From: a virus
Strand: one strand, 5' to 3'
Length of the DNA: 64,000 bases
IMG/VR virus record: IMGVR_UViG_3300032285_002723
Span: 24,645-88,644 of that record
Made by a program: the position numbers and the translations under genes
Shown here: positions 37,078 to 47,447 of the stretch, piece by piece
How the letters are laid out: every line of letters begins with the position of its first letter
Position numbering within the stretch: position 1 is the first letter of the stretch
The notes under the pieces: model-generated
What the model saw: only the letters and a program-made list of their open reading frames with translations
Told to the model about the DNA's origin: nothing
Database searches by the model: none

Positions 37078-37362
37078 ATGCCTTATAAAATCAGTCAAGC
37101 GTTCTGCTGGTATAATAAAGGCAGTATGATTGTCAAAATGTACTTTATAAATGAAATTCCATTTACATTTGATGAGTTGCCCGATGGGCATTTATATGAT
37201 AAAGAGTTAGTAGCAAAAGCAGATCAATATTTAAGATATGAACCAGAAGATTTGTATAGAAATTCTTTTTATTTGATAGATGAGGAGTGTCATCCTTGCC
37301 TATTTGAGGTTGATTTAGAGAACCCAGAGGATATGCCACAAGATGATGGGTCAGTAGATTAA
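37078..37362 (+). CDS. Hypothetical protein
   Basis: ORF after AATAAATA. Confidence 0.6.
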   Translation: MPYKISQAFCWYNKGSMIVKMYFINEIPFTFDELPDGHLYDKELVAKADQYLRYEPEDLYRNSFYLIDEECHPCLFEVDLENPEDMPQDDGSVD

Positions 37363-37401
37363 CTGTCTAAATAAGACAGAAGAAATTATTGTGCGGATAA
37401 A

Positions 37402-40400
37402 ATGCCTCTATCTAGGTTAGAAAATTTTCTCGTAAATACTGATGGTAATATCTTATATGTCAATCCATCCGATTTAGATGCTACTGATAGTTTTGATAAT
37501 AAAGGAAATTCACTTACTCGTCCATTTGTAACCATTCAAAGGGCATTAATAGAGGCTGCTAGATTTGCTTATCAGAGTGGTCCAAACAATGATAGATTTG
37601 ACAAAACAACTATTCTTTTATATCCAGGAACCCACTATATTGATAATAGACCTGGATACTATGTGAAATCTAGTGCTGGAACTGCACAATACTATGATGC
37701 AAATCAAACAGTAGTTTCAGTTCCAGACATTGAACTAACTAATTCTTCTAATTTTGATCTTACAAGTTCTAGTAATGTTCTTTATAAGTTTAATTCGGTA
37801 GAAGGTGGTGTAATAATTCCAAAAGGAACTTCTATTGTTGGTTTAGATTTAAGAAAGACAAAAGTAAAACCATTATATGTTCCCGATCCAGAAAATAATT
37901 TGGTAGAAAGATCTGCTATTTTTAGAGTTACTGGTGGTTGTTATTTCTGGCAATTTAGCGTTTTTGATGCAGATAGAGTAGTATATTATAATTACAATTC
38001 ACAACAGGCATCGCCAACTTATTCACACCATAAACTGACAGTATTTGAATATGCAGATGGTGTAAATCTAAAGAATTTAACTGGAACATCTGATCTTCAG
38101 ATGTATTATTATAAGTTGATGAATGCTTATGGTGCTAATACTGGAAATAGAGAAATTATTGATTATCCAGGATCTACTGATTTTGAACCAAATAGTCCAG
38201 AATTTAAAATTGTTGGTGATCTAACTTCTGGTGATACTAGAATCCGAGAGTTAAATTCAAGTTCAACAGTAGCATCCGTAACAACTGTCTCTGTTCACGG
38301 ATTGAGTGTTGATGATTCTATTCGTATTGCTGGTGTTAGTTCATCACTTTATAATGGTAGTTTCAAAGTAGTTGGTGTTACCAGTGAAACAAAATTCACA
38401 TATCAATTACCATCAGCAGCAATTGACACTGTAGTTACAATTTCAAGTAATGAAAGAGTTATCATTGAACCAGATAATGTAAATGGAGCATCTCCATATA
38501 TCTTTAACTGTTCATTAAGATCTGCATATGGAATGTGTGGTCTTCACGCAGACGGATCAAAGGCAACTGGATTTAAATCTATGGTTGTTGCACAATTTAC
38601 TGGAATTGGATTACAAAAAGATGATAATGCTTTTGTAATCTATAATGAGTCTACAGGTCTTTATGATACAAATGCAACCACTCTTTTGGCAAATAGACCT
38701 TTACACGTCAATCAGGAAGCAATTTACAAACCAACATACGAAAATTATCACATCAAAGCATCAAATGATGCATTTATTCAGGATGTTTCTGTTTTTGCAA
38801 TTGGATTTGCTCAACACTTTTTAGCAGAAGATGGTGCTGATCAATCAATTACCAACTCAAACTCCAACTTTGGTTCTAAATCATTAATTTCAAAAGGATT
38901 TAGAAAAGAATCTTTTGATCGTGATGATACTGGATATGTAACTCATATTGTTCCACCAAAAGATCTTCAAGAAGATTCATTCAATGCTCTTTGGAGATCG
39001 CTTGATGTTGGACTTACCACATCATATACTGGTGTTGGACAAACATCTAGACTTTATATTTTAGGTGAAACGGATATTAATAATCCACCATCAAATATCA
39101 CTAATGGATATAGAGTTGGTTCTAATATTGATGAAAAACTTTATGTTACTGTAAATATTAATGGAGTAGATTATACTTATTCTTCTCCAATTTTAATGCA
39201 AGTTCCTACTGGAGAAGGTCCAGTATCACAAAAAACATTTACTGTAACTCAAACATTAGGTGTCAATAATATTACCAATTCTATATTAACTTTAAATGCA
39301 ACTCATAATTTTTACAATGGCGAAACAGTAAGAGTATTCAGTGATAATGCAATTGTTCCTGATGGATTAGAAAATGGAGCATTATATTATGTTATTACGG
39401 ATACTGCAAATACTATTAAACTTGCAAAAACTATTAATAATGCAAATGGCGGTATTTTTGTTACTATTAAAAATACAAATGGTGGCATTTTAAGTATTGT
39501 AAGTAGAGTTTCTGATAAACTTTCTGGAGATCCAGGACATCCAATTCAATTTGATTCGGTTAATAAAAATTGGTATATTATTGGTAGTGGAACTACAGCA
39601 ACAAATCAAATCTATCAAGGATTTAAGAATAATCCAACTGCAATTGCAGCAAATAATTCTTCAACTTTCATTCAAAGAAAATCTGAAAATCGTGATCTAA
39701 CGGATAGAATTTATAAATTGAGATATGTAATTCCAAAAGATTATACAAATGCAAAAATTCCTGCACAAAATTATGTTCTTCAAGAATCAAAGACTGTAAG
39801 TGAAGAATCTACAATTGCAACTGTAAATTCTAACCGCAACTCTCACGTAATTGCTGGAATTTCAACTGTTGGATCAACTGTTACTGTTACATCAGAAAGA
39901 CCACATAGATTGAGCGTCAGTGATAGAGTAAGAATTAGAAAAGTTGTAAGTAGCACAAATTTAACTGCAGCAGATAATGCTGGATTTAATGGTTATTTTA
40001 CTATAACTTCTGTTCCATCATCAAAAACATTTACATTTACCAACACATATACTGGTGGAACATTTGTAAACAATGTTTCAACTAGAGGAGACAATCTTCC
40101 AGTATTCTCTAGAAATGAATATGATACCACTTATACAATTGAAAATGTAGAAACAATTCAAGAATATTCTTCTGGATTGCAAGATGGTATTTACTATTTG
40201 ACTTGTTTGATTGGAAATATTTCTCCTACTGCTTCAGAATTTGCAACTCAAAAGTTTAAACAAAATATAACTGATTTGTATCCAGTTGTAGATAAAGATA
40301 ATTTAGTTACTGATCCATTACAAACTTTGACTGGAGCATCAAATAAATTAATCGGAAAAGTTATTGTAAATGATCCACAGAATAGCACCACAAAAGAAAG

Positions 40401-43400
40401 TATTATCAATTATTTGAAAGATAATAGAGTTGGATTAGCAGTAACTAATGCAATATCAATATCTTCTGGACTTTCCACTGTATTCACTTCAACGGATCAT
40501 AATTTAAATACTATTACTGGTTTAACTATCTTATTACCTGGATCTGGATATGGTTCTGGTATTGTCACAACATTATATAATGTTTCTCTTGTTGGTGCAG
40601 GAATTACTGGAAAAGGTGCTACTGCAAATGTGACTGTAAGTGCTGCAGGAACAATTACTGCGGTATCTATTGTAGATGGTGGATCTGCATATGGTGTTGG
40701 AAATACAATGAGTGTTGGTTCTGGTGGAGGTTCTGTAACTGTTTCATCCATCAATAATAATGTTGGAGATGTAGTCCAAATCATTGGTGTTGGAACTACC
40801 GGAAATCGCAACAATGGAGGATATAATGGACTTTATAAAATTTCTGCAATTAATAATTCAAATTCCGTTACTTATAATGTAGGTTCAAATCCTGGAATTT
40901 ATACAACATCAAGTGGTATTCTTTATGTTGTAGATAAGTCTCTTACAGTTTCAGCAATTGCTGGTGTTCAAACTGCAACTACAGCAGGAATAGTGACAGT
41001 AACAACATCTCGTGCTCACGGTTTGTCTGTTGGTAATAAGATTAAAATTACGGGAGTTATTGGAACTTCATCAACTATTTTCAATTCGGATTTTGTTGTT
41101 AAAGAAAAAGTTAGTTTAACTGCATTTACAATATTATCACCAATTGGAGTTGGAACTGCGTCTGGATCTGCAGAAGTTTATAAGTATGGTATTGCTTCAT
41201 ATGGTGAAGATACATCACTTCAAAGTGAAAAGATTTCTGGAAGTTTGATAAGTATGAATGTTGGTTACACAACTACAACATCTGCAGGTATTACAACTAT
41301 ATCTCCAACATTAAATCTTACACTTACGAATGGATTGACGAAAGGAAACTTTATTCAATTAGATAATGAAATTTTAAGAATCACTTCAGTAGACAGCTCT
41401 ACTCAAGTTACTGTTTTAAGGGGTGTTCTTGGAACTAAATCTGCTCCACACGATTCGGGATCTATTGTTAGAAGAATTTCTGTAATCCCATCAGAAACTC
41501 GTAGATTTACAAGTATTCGTGCTTCTGGGCACACCTTTGAATATCTTGGTTATGGTCCAGGAAACTATTCAACTGCTCTTCCACAAAGACAAAATAGAGT
41601 TATCACAGATGAAGAAGAGCGTTTGGCAATTTCAAAAGAAGAAAAGGGAGGAGTTGTATTCTTCTCTGGTATGAATGATCGTGGTAATTTCTTTACTGGT
41701 GATAGATTAACTGCAAAAGAAACATTTATTGGTGAAACACCGTCCGATTTGACTGCAACTTATGATGATGTTTATATTCGTAATACTCTTCGTGTTGGTG
41801 GTGGATCAAATCGTTTACTTCCTAGTGAATTTAGAGGTCCAGTAAACTTTACTAATAAGATTACTTCAACTGCATCGCAAGGTATTGAAGCACTCAAGCT
41901 TCAACTCAAAGGAAATAGTATTCAAGATCCATCATTCCAAATTGGACCAGATTCAAATCCATCATTAATTGTAAATGAATTAAGTCAGTATGTTGGTATT
42001 AAAACTGCAATTCCTAATTTTGAACTTGATGTAAATGGTAGAATTAGAGCAAATGGATTTGAAAATTTCCAATTAACAGATTTACCAACAACTGATGAAG
42101 GAACTTTTGCAGCAAATAGAATTCTTAAAGTTAAGGATGATGGATCTGGATATGAACTTGTTGATTATGATTCAATATTAAAATATAAACTTCGTAGTTT
42201 TAAAATTAGCAATGATGGAACGGTTTATGCTGGTATTGGATCAACTGTAAGCAATGCTATTCAAATTAGTGGAATTTCCACTTCAAATTTTTATGTTGGA
42301 GAAAAAGTAAAAGTATTTGGTATCAGTAGCATTACCGATTCTGCAACTGTTGCTCCTCCTATTGTCGGGTCAATGAGTGCAGTTAAAGTTGGATCATCTA
42401 CAACAATTAGCACATATCGCTATTGGGTGGCACAATATCATTTAAGAAATGGAAAGGTTGGCGTTTCTTCTCAAATTTCTCCATTGTCTGGAATTGGAAT
42501 GACAACAATTGATAATTTCAATGATACTGATAACATTTCTCTAACTCTTGCTAGAACTGATGTAAATCATGGCCTGCTTGTTTATCGTCAAATTGGAGTT
42601 TCAACTAATATCAATGATGCTAAACTGATTGGTATTCTTGGTCCAAAAGAATTTGGATCCAATACATCAGGAATTAGTTGGATTGATTATGGAACATTTG
42701 ATCAAACGGAATGGTCCACAAGAGGAACAGTAAATGAATATGATTCTGATCAAATTCATTTCCCAAATATTGCTTCAACTGTTCAAAAAAAGGGATGGGC
42801 ACTTGATACAATCGTTTCAATAGGAACAAGTTCAATTAGGTTGTCTGGACAATATACTACAAATTCTGATAACGCAGTTAAAGTTGTTCACGATAATACT
42901 GCTGGATTGTCTTCAGCAATAGATCAAGCAGTTGCAAGTAAACAATATTCTTTAGAATTATCAAGTGGAACATATTTAACAAATAAACTTATTATTCCAT
43001 CAGGATTTACATTAAAAGGTAATGGCAAAAATACTATAATCAAAACACAATATTTTGCAACTGATGCAACTGATGGTGGAGGAAATCCATTATCTTTTGA
43101 TGGTAATATCGTTGGTGTTGGAACAAATACAATTGCTTCTGATATTTCAATCTACGATTTAACAATTGATGGAAATAGTGGAAATAATATTCTATTTGAT
43201 GGTGAATTGGATAATTATATTATGTATTTTGAAAATACAACATCTTCTGTATTTAAGGATATTGAAGTTCGTAATTCTCCAGGACACGGATTGTATCTTT
43301 ATAATTCTTCAAGAGTATCTGTAGATAATTGTTCATTTGTTGATGGAGCAATTACTGATAGATATTCATTTACTCCATTACATACTCAAGAATCTGATAC

Positions 43401-44268
43401 TTTAAGAGTTAATGATTGCCTTTTTGAAAATTATCCTGGTCCTGTTGATTTATCAGTAAGTTCTGTTGTTGTTACTAATGGAAATATTATTCGTAATTGT
43501 GGAGCAGGTTTGAGAACCTATGCTTCTAGTAAAATCACAACAACAAGCAATATTATTCTTGGTCCATCAGATGAGTGGATTCCTTCAGTAGACATTTATG
43601 ATAGTGATTTTAATTCAATCAATCTTACAATTGATAGAGGTGTTACTTTCAATGGTCCAGTTCTTCAATATCTAGAGAATGGATTACCAAAAGATATCAG
43701 TAGCACTAAAGTTTCTATTGTTTCTGCTGGTATTGGAACAGTTGTTGGACAAGGAACCACAAATGAGACTCTTGGAACTAGATTCTTGAATTTCAATATT
43801 ATTACGCCAAATAGTGGAGAATATGGTAGAGCAAATGGTTATATTCAATTGAGTCTAACATCAACACAAACTGCTACATTAGGTCTTTCATCTTCTCTTG
43901 GATACAATATTATTGCACAAGAATATATTACAGTTCCAGCAGGATTTACAACTTATATTGGAATTGGAACTGGAACATTCAATACTATTGGTGCTGGTGC
44001 AACTCAATATACAGTTACATTATCAGATGCAAATCAATTCTCTGGAATCTCTACTGGTGATGTCATTAAACTTGTAGATCACTCTGTATCTCCAGATTTA
44101 TCATTCTATGAATTGACGATTGAAGCAAAAATTAATGCAGGTGCGGCAGACAAACGTTTGAGATTGACAGGATTTACAACAACTTCAATAACTAATGGGT
44201 CGCCAACTGGATATATAAGTATAAGGAATACATTCACAATCGCAAAAGGAAGAGTCGGAGTTATTTAA
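37402..44268 (+). CDS. Giant virion structural/fibre protein with a C-terminal right-handed beta-helix (pectate-lyase-like)
   Basis: 2288 aa; MPLSRLENFL N-terminus; repeated HGLSV.D.I.I.GV modules; DNT.....AID...GTY......L.G.G..T.I beta-helix start. Confidence 0.7.
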   Translation: MPLSRLENFLVNTDGNILYVNPSDLDATDSFDNKGNSLTRPFVTIQRALIEAARFAYQSGPNNDRFDKTTILLYPGTHYIDNRPGYYVKSSAGTAQYYDANQTVVSVPDIELTNSSNFDLTSSSNVLYKFNSVEGGVIIPKGTSIVGLDLRKTKVKPLYVPDPENNLVERSAIFRVTGGCYFWQFSVFDADRVVYYNYNSQQASPTYSHHKLTVFEYADGVNLKNLTGTSDLQMYYYKLMNAYGANTGNREIIDYPGSTDFEPNSPEFKIVGDLTSGDTRIRELNSSSTVASVTTVSVHGLSVDDSIRIAGVSSSLYNGSFKVVGVTSETKFTYQLPSAAIDTVVTISSNERVIIEPDNVNGASPYIFNCSLRSAYGMCGLHADGSKATGFKSMVVAQFTGIGLQKDDNAFVIYNESTGLYDTNATTLLANRPLHVNQEAIYKPTYENYHIKASNDAFIQDVSVFAIGFAQHFLAEDGADQSITNSNSNFGSKSLISKGFRKESFDRDDTGYVTHIVPPKDLQEDSFNALWRSLDVGLTTSYTGVGQTSRLYILGETDINNPPSNITNGYRVGSNIDEKLYVTVNINGVDYTYSSPILMQVPTGEGPVSQKTFTVTQTLGVNNITNSILTLNATHNFYNGETVRVFSDNAIVPDGLENGALYYVITDTANTIKLAKTINNANGGIFVTIKNTNGGILSIVSRVSDKLSGDPGHPIQFDSVNKNWYIIGSGTTATNQIYQGFKNNPTAIAANNSSTFIQRKSENRDLTDRIYKLRYVIPKDYTNAKIPAQNYVLQESKTVSEESTIATVNSNRNSHVIAGISTVGSTVTVTSERPHRLSVSDRVRIRKVVSSTNLTAADNAGFNGYFTITSVPSSKTFTFTNTYTGGTFVNNVSTRGDNLPVFSRNEYDTTYTIENVETIQEYSSGLQDGIYYLTCLIGNISPTASEFATQKFKQNITDLYPVVDKDNLVTDPLQTLTGASNKLIGKVIVNDPQNSTTKESIINYLKDNRVGLAVTNAISISSGLSTVFTSTDHNLNTITGLTILLPGSGYGSGIVTTLYNVSLVGAGITGKGATANVTVSAAGTITAVSIVDGGSAYGVGNTMSVGSGGGSVTVSSINNNVGDVVQIIGVGTTGNRNNGGYNGLYKISAINNSNSVTYNVGSNPGIYTTSSGILYVVDKSLTVSAIAGVQTATTAGIVTVTTSRAHGLSVGNKIKITGVIGTSSTIFNSDFVVKEKVSLTAFTILSPIGVGTASGSAEVYKYGIASYGEDTSLQSEKISGSLISMNVGYTTTTSAGITTISPTLNLTLTNGLTKGNFIQLDNEILRITSVDSSTQVTVLRGVLGTKSAPHDSGSIVRRISVIPSETRRFTSIRASGHTFEYLGYGPGNYSTALPQRQNRVITDEEERLAISKEEKGGVVFFSGMNDRGNFFTGDRLTAKETFIGETPSDLTATYDDVYIRNTLRVGGGSNRLLPSEFRGPVNFTNKITSTASQGIEALKLQLKGNSIQDPSFQIGPDSNPSLIVNELSQYVGIKTAIPNFELDVNGRIRANGFENFQLTDLPTTDEGTFAANRILKVKDDGSGYELVDYDSILKYKLRSFKISNDGTVYAGIGSTVSNAIQISGISTSNFYVGEKVKVFGISSITDSATVAPPIVGSMSAVKVGSSTTISTYRYWVAQYHLRNGKVGVSSQISPLSGIGMTTIDNFNDTDNISLTLARTDVNHGLLVYRQIGVSTNINDAKLIGILGPKEFGSNTSGISWIDYGTFDQTEWSTRGTVNEYDSDQIHFPNIASTVQKKGWALDTIVSIGTSSIRLSGQYTTNSDNAVKVVHDNTAGLSSAIDQAVASKQYSLELSSGTYLTNKLIIPSGFTLKGNGKNTIIKTQYFATDATDGGGNPLSFDGNIVGVGTNTIASDISIYDLTIDGNSGNNILFDGELDNYIMYFENTTSSVFKDIEVRNSPGHGLYLYNSSRVSVDNCSFVDGAITDRYSFTPLHTQESDTLRVNDCLFENYPGPVDLSVSSVVVTNGNIIRNCGAGLRTYASSKITTTSNIILGPSDEWIPSVDIYDSDFNSINLTIDRGVTFNGPVLQYLENGLPKDISSTKVSIVSAGIGTVVGQGTTNETLGTRFLNFNIITPNSGEYGRANGYIQLSLTSTQTATLGLSSSLGYNIIAQEYITVPAGFTTYIGIGTGTFNTIGAGATQYTVTLSDANQFSGISTGDVIKLVDHSVSPDLSFYELTIEAKINAGAADKRLRLTGFTTTSITNGSPTGYISIRNTFTIAKGRVGVI

Positions 44269-44270
44269 AA

Positions 44271-47200
44271 ATGCCAGATAACACAAACGTTAATAATAAT
44301 GCAGCAGTTGTCGTTGTAGGTAGAACTGCTCCTGTTCCTCCCGGTCAACAGAAATCAGAAAAATCTATTCCTGTTGTTATTGCAAGTGATCAAACAACAA
44401 TTCCTGTTGCAGAACAAAATAAAGTCCAATCAGAAGTTGCTCTTTCTCTTCTTGGAATTCCTAGATCAGAAGTTGCTCTTGGTATTTTTGCTGACGTTAA
44501 TACCTATGATGTAAACCCATCAGAATGGTCAGCGAATCCAGAACAGTTCAGTTCGGTCTCTAATACTGGTGCTTATGTTGGTATTGCTCAAACTATGGGT
44601 TGGGGTCTTACGCACGTTCCAGAAGAATCTGGAGCACTTGTAGAGGGTCCTGCAGATAGAGTTGCAGTTCTTACATCAAAAAGATTTTTTAGATATCAAC
44701 CTGGTCGTGTTTCCGCTGCAACTTTTGGTGTAAAAACAACTTTACTTGGTGATGACGGAGTTGATGTTTTTAATCCAGCAGTTAGAAAATATGGAATTTT
44801 TGATAATTATGATGGATATTATTGGGAATCTAGAAACGATGGAACTGAAGATAATTTCTCGGTAGTAAGAAGAACACAAGCAGTAATTTATAGCAATCCA
44901 TTAACTTTTGGATCTGGTGCTGGCCAACAATCACAAGATTATGGTAACACAAATCCATTAGATCAATTTACACCAAGATCATCAGAAAGTGTTGGAATTG
45001 CAACAGTAACTGCCAAAAAATTTGGTGATTTAGTTATCTTAAGAGATAATTTGGTAATGACCCACGCAGGAGTTTATGATCCTTCATTACTTCAAAATGA
45101 ATCACAAGTTGCAATTACTTCAATTACATCTGGAAATGTAGTTTCACTTGCAGGATTGGCAAAAAGCGTAAGTAATGCTGTTTACGATAACACTACTGGT
45201 ATAATGGTAGTGACGACTTACCAAGCACACGGATTTGAAGAAGGTAAGTTTATTAAGATTAGTGGCATTGGTATGACGTGTTACTATGGAAATAATACAT
45301 ATCCAGAACCAGGTAGAAATTCTGGGTATAATGTGATCTCTGTTGGAGGGACAAATACATTTACATTAAATATTGGCATTACGACAGTTCCAACATATTA
45401 TAAATCTGGTGGTTATATTGTTGGATTATCAACAGGACAATATGTTTCTTACTCAAAAGGAACAAATGCAAGTGCTCTTACTGGATTTACTGACACAAAG
45501 GTTTATAAAGTAGCAACAGTTGGTGTTAGTACTTTAACTGGAATTAGCACAGTAACATTAATTAATTTAGATGGAAGTTCACCTACATTTACTGCAGTAT
45601 CAGGAATTTCATCTCACGTATTGGTTACTCCAGTTCCCTTCATTCAACCAACAAATGGATCATTGATTGGTTCATATAACAAATATAATACAGTAAAACC
45701 AACGGGTATGTTCCCGTATATGTATCAAGATGGGGATGGAAATAAAGAAGGATATATTGATAGTTCTCTTCCAAGTGCATCAGCATCTACATTAAAAACT
45801 CAAATTGATGATATTAATAATTATTATAGCAAATGGGTCAATCAAAATGTTAAGAAAGATTATTGGAATGTTTATGAATATAGAATTCCAAGATCCAGAT
45901 TTAGTGGTGATAATTTAAATGCAGAGTTAGAAAATCCACTTCTTTATAGTGATGCCGTAGGAGATAAGAGAGCTGGACAACCAGTAGTTGATGTTGATAC
46001 AAATGAAGAACTTACTGATGCTAGTATTTGGGATATTGACCTTACAAAGGTCACGATGTATAAGATTGAATTCTCTTGGTATGGTGCTGTTGGTGCTTTA
46101 TTCCTTGCATATGTTCCTGTAAGCAATGGTGAAGCACGTTGGGTACGTGTTCATCACTTAAGAGCATCAAACCAACTGAAAGTTTCTTCTTTGGGTAATG
46201 CAACTCTTCCAATTACATATCTTGTATATGGTGGAGGAAATCCAAATCGTTATGGATATGCAAATGATTTAAGAAAAGAATCAACTTTCTCTTATGGAAG
46301 TTCATCTGAACATATCATTAAATATGGAGCATCATACTACATTGATGGTGGAGATAGAGGAACCGTAAAACTGTTTAGCTATTCTACTCCAGTATCACAA
46401 GAAGTCTATGGATCAAAAAGATCATATACAGTAAATAATGGTGGTGGAGTTGGAATTGCATCCACACAAGTAGATTTAACGAATGCTACATCAGCAACTG
46501 ATCCTTATATTATTGGATCAGTTGGAATGTCTACTTCATATTTTATTGGTTCAAAAGTTGTGACTTCAAATCCATTAGATCAAAATATAGAGATTAATTT
46601 TGTCAATGTGGGAAGTCAAAGACTTTATTTGAATGCACCATTAAATTCAACGAGTTTGAGCACAATCACAGTCATTCCAAATCGTCCAACACCATTAATT
46701 GGTATTAAATGTAGAGAAACAATTCAAAGTAGTACTGGTAAATCAGTAAGAAATAGAACTCAAGTATATCCATCTCGTCTATCTAGTGGATCAACTGGTG
46801 TTTTAAAATTGGATTTAGTAAAATCACCTATATTCCAGACCACTTATTCTACTACTGGCACGTTAGCACTTTCTTCTTCTGCTAATATAGGAAAAAGAGG
46901 AAAACCAACATTAATTTCTGTTACAAACACAAGTTATCTTTCTGCAAGTACTGGAGTTTATGGGTATATGAGAGGGTATTTTGAAAATGATGCTTCATTA
47001 AAACCAGTATCGGTTTTAGGATACTTGGAAAATAGAGGAACAACCGATGGATATTATTTTTATGCACTCAAATCTACTTCCGATAATCTAATTCTTACAA
47101 CTGCAAATAATTTCTTGAAAGAAGAAAATCACAATCCTGTGGGAACTATTATTTCTCCAACAAATACAGAGTTTACACTTGCTGCACTTTCTTCAGTTAA

Positions 47201-47444
47201 AGTCAATCCACAATCAAGAAGTCCTATTCCAAATACTGGAACTGTACTTACTAGTATTTTTATTCCTGCATCTGGACAAGAATTTGATTTATCATCATAT
47301 TTTGATTACAATAAAGAATATCTATCATATCCATTAACAAATAAAGTAGAAAGTTTATATCTTTGTGCTTCTTCCCAAACTACTTATAATAGCGGAACTC
47401 CTGCTGCTGATGTTTCAGCAAGTCTTACTTGGGAGGAACAGTGA
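44271..47444 (+). CDS. Large virion structural protein
   Basis: FRYQPGR.S..TFG, VTMYKIEF.WYGA.GA and YGASYYIDGGD motifs shared with the next gene. Confidence 0.6.
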   Translation: MPDNTNVNNNAAVVVVGRTAPVPPGQQKSEKSIPVVIASDQTTIPVAEQNKVQSEVALSLLGIPRSEVALGIFADVNTYDVNPSEWSANPEQFSSVSNTGAYVGIAQTMGWGLTHVPEESGALVEGPADRVAVLTSKRFFRYQPGRVSAATFGVKTTLLGDDGVDVFNPAVRKYGIFDNYDGYYWESRNDGTEDNFSVVRRTQAVIYSNPLTFGSGAGQQSQDYGNTNPLDQFTPRSSESVGIATVTAKKFGDLVILRDNLVMTHAGVYDPSLLQNESQVAITSITSGNVVSLAGLAKSVSNAVYDNTTGIMVVTTYQAHGFEEGKFIKISGIGMTCYYGNNTYPEPGRNSGYNVISVGGTNTFTLNIGITTVPTYYKSGGYIVGLSTGQYVSYSKGTNASALTGFTDTKVYKVATVGVSTLTGISTVTLINLDGSSPTFTAVSGISSHVLVTPVPFIQPTNGSLIGSYNKYNTVKPTGMFPYMYQDGDGNKEGYIDSSLPSASASTLKTQIDDINNYYSKWVNQNVKKDYWNVYEYRIPRSRFSGDNLNAELENPLLYSDAVGDKRAGQPVVDVDTNEELTDASIWDIDLTKVTMYKIEFSWYGAVGALFLAYVPVSNGEARWVRVHHLRASNQLKVSSLGNATLPITYLVYGGGNPNRYGYANDLRKESTFSYGSSSEHIIKYGASYYIDGGDRGTVKLFSYSTPVSQEVYGSKRSYTVNNGGGVGIASTQVDLTNATSATDPYIIGSVGMSTSYFIGSKVVTSNPLDQNIEINFVNVGSQRLYLNAPLNSTSLSTITVIPNRPTPLIGIKCRETIQSSTGKSVRNRTQVYPSRLSSGSTGVLKLDLVKSPIFQTTYSTTGTLALSSSANIGKRGKPTLISVTNTSYLSASTGVYGYMRGYFENDASLKPVSVLGYLENRGTTDGYYFYALKSTSDNLILTTANNFLKEENHNPVGTIISPTNTEFTLAALSSVKVNPQSRSPIPNTGTVLTSIFIPASGQEFDLSSYFDYNKEYLSYPLTNKVESLYLCASSQTTYNSGTPAADVSASLTWEEQ

Positions 47445-47447
47445 TCT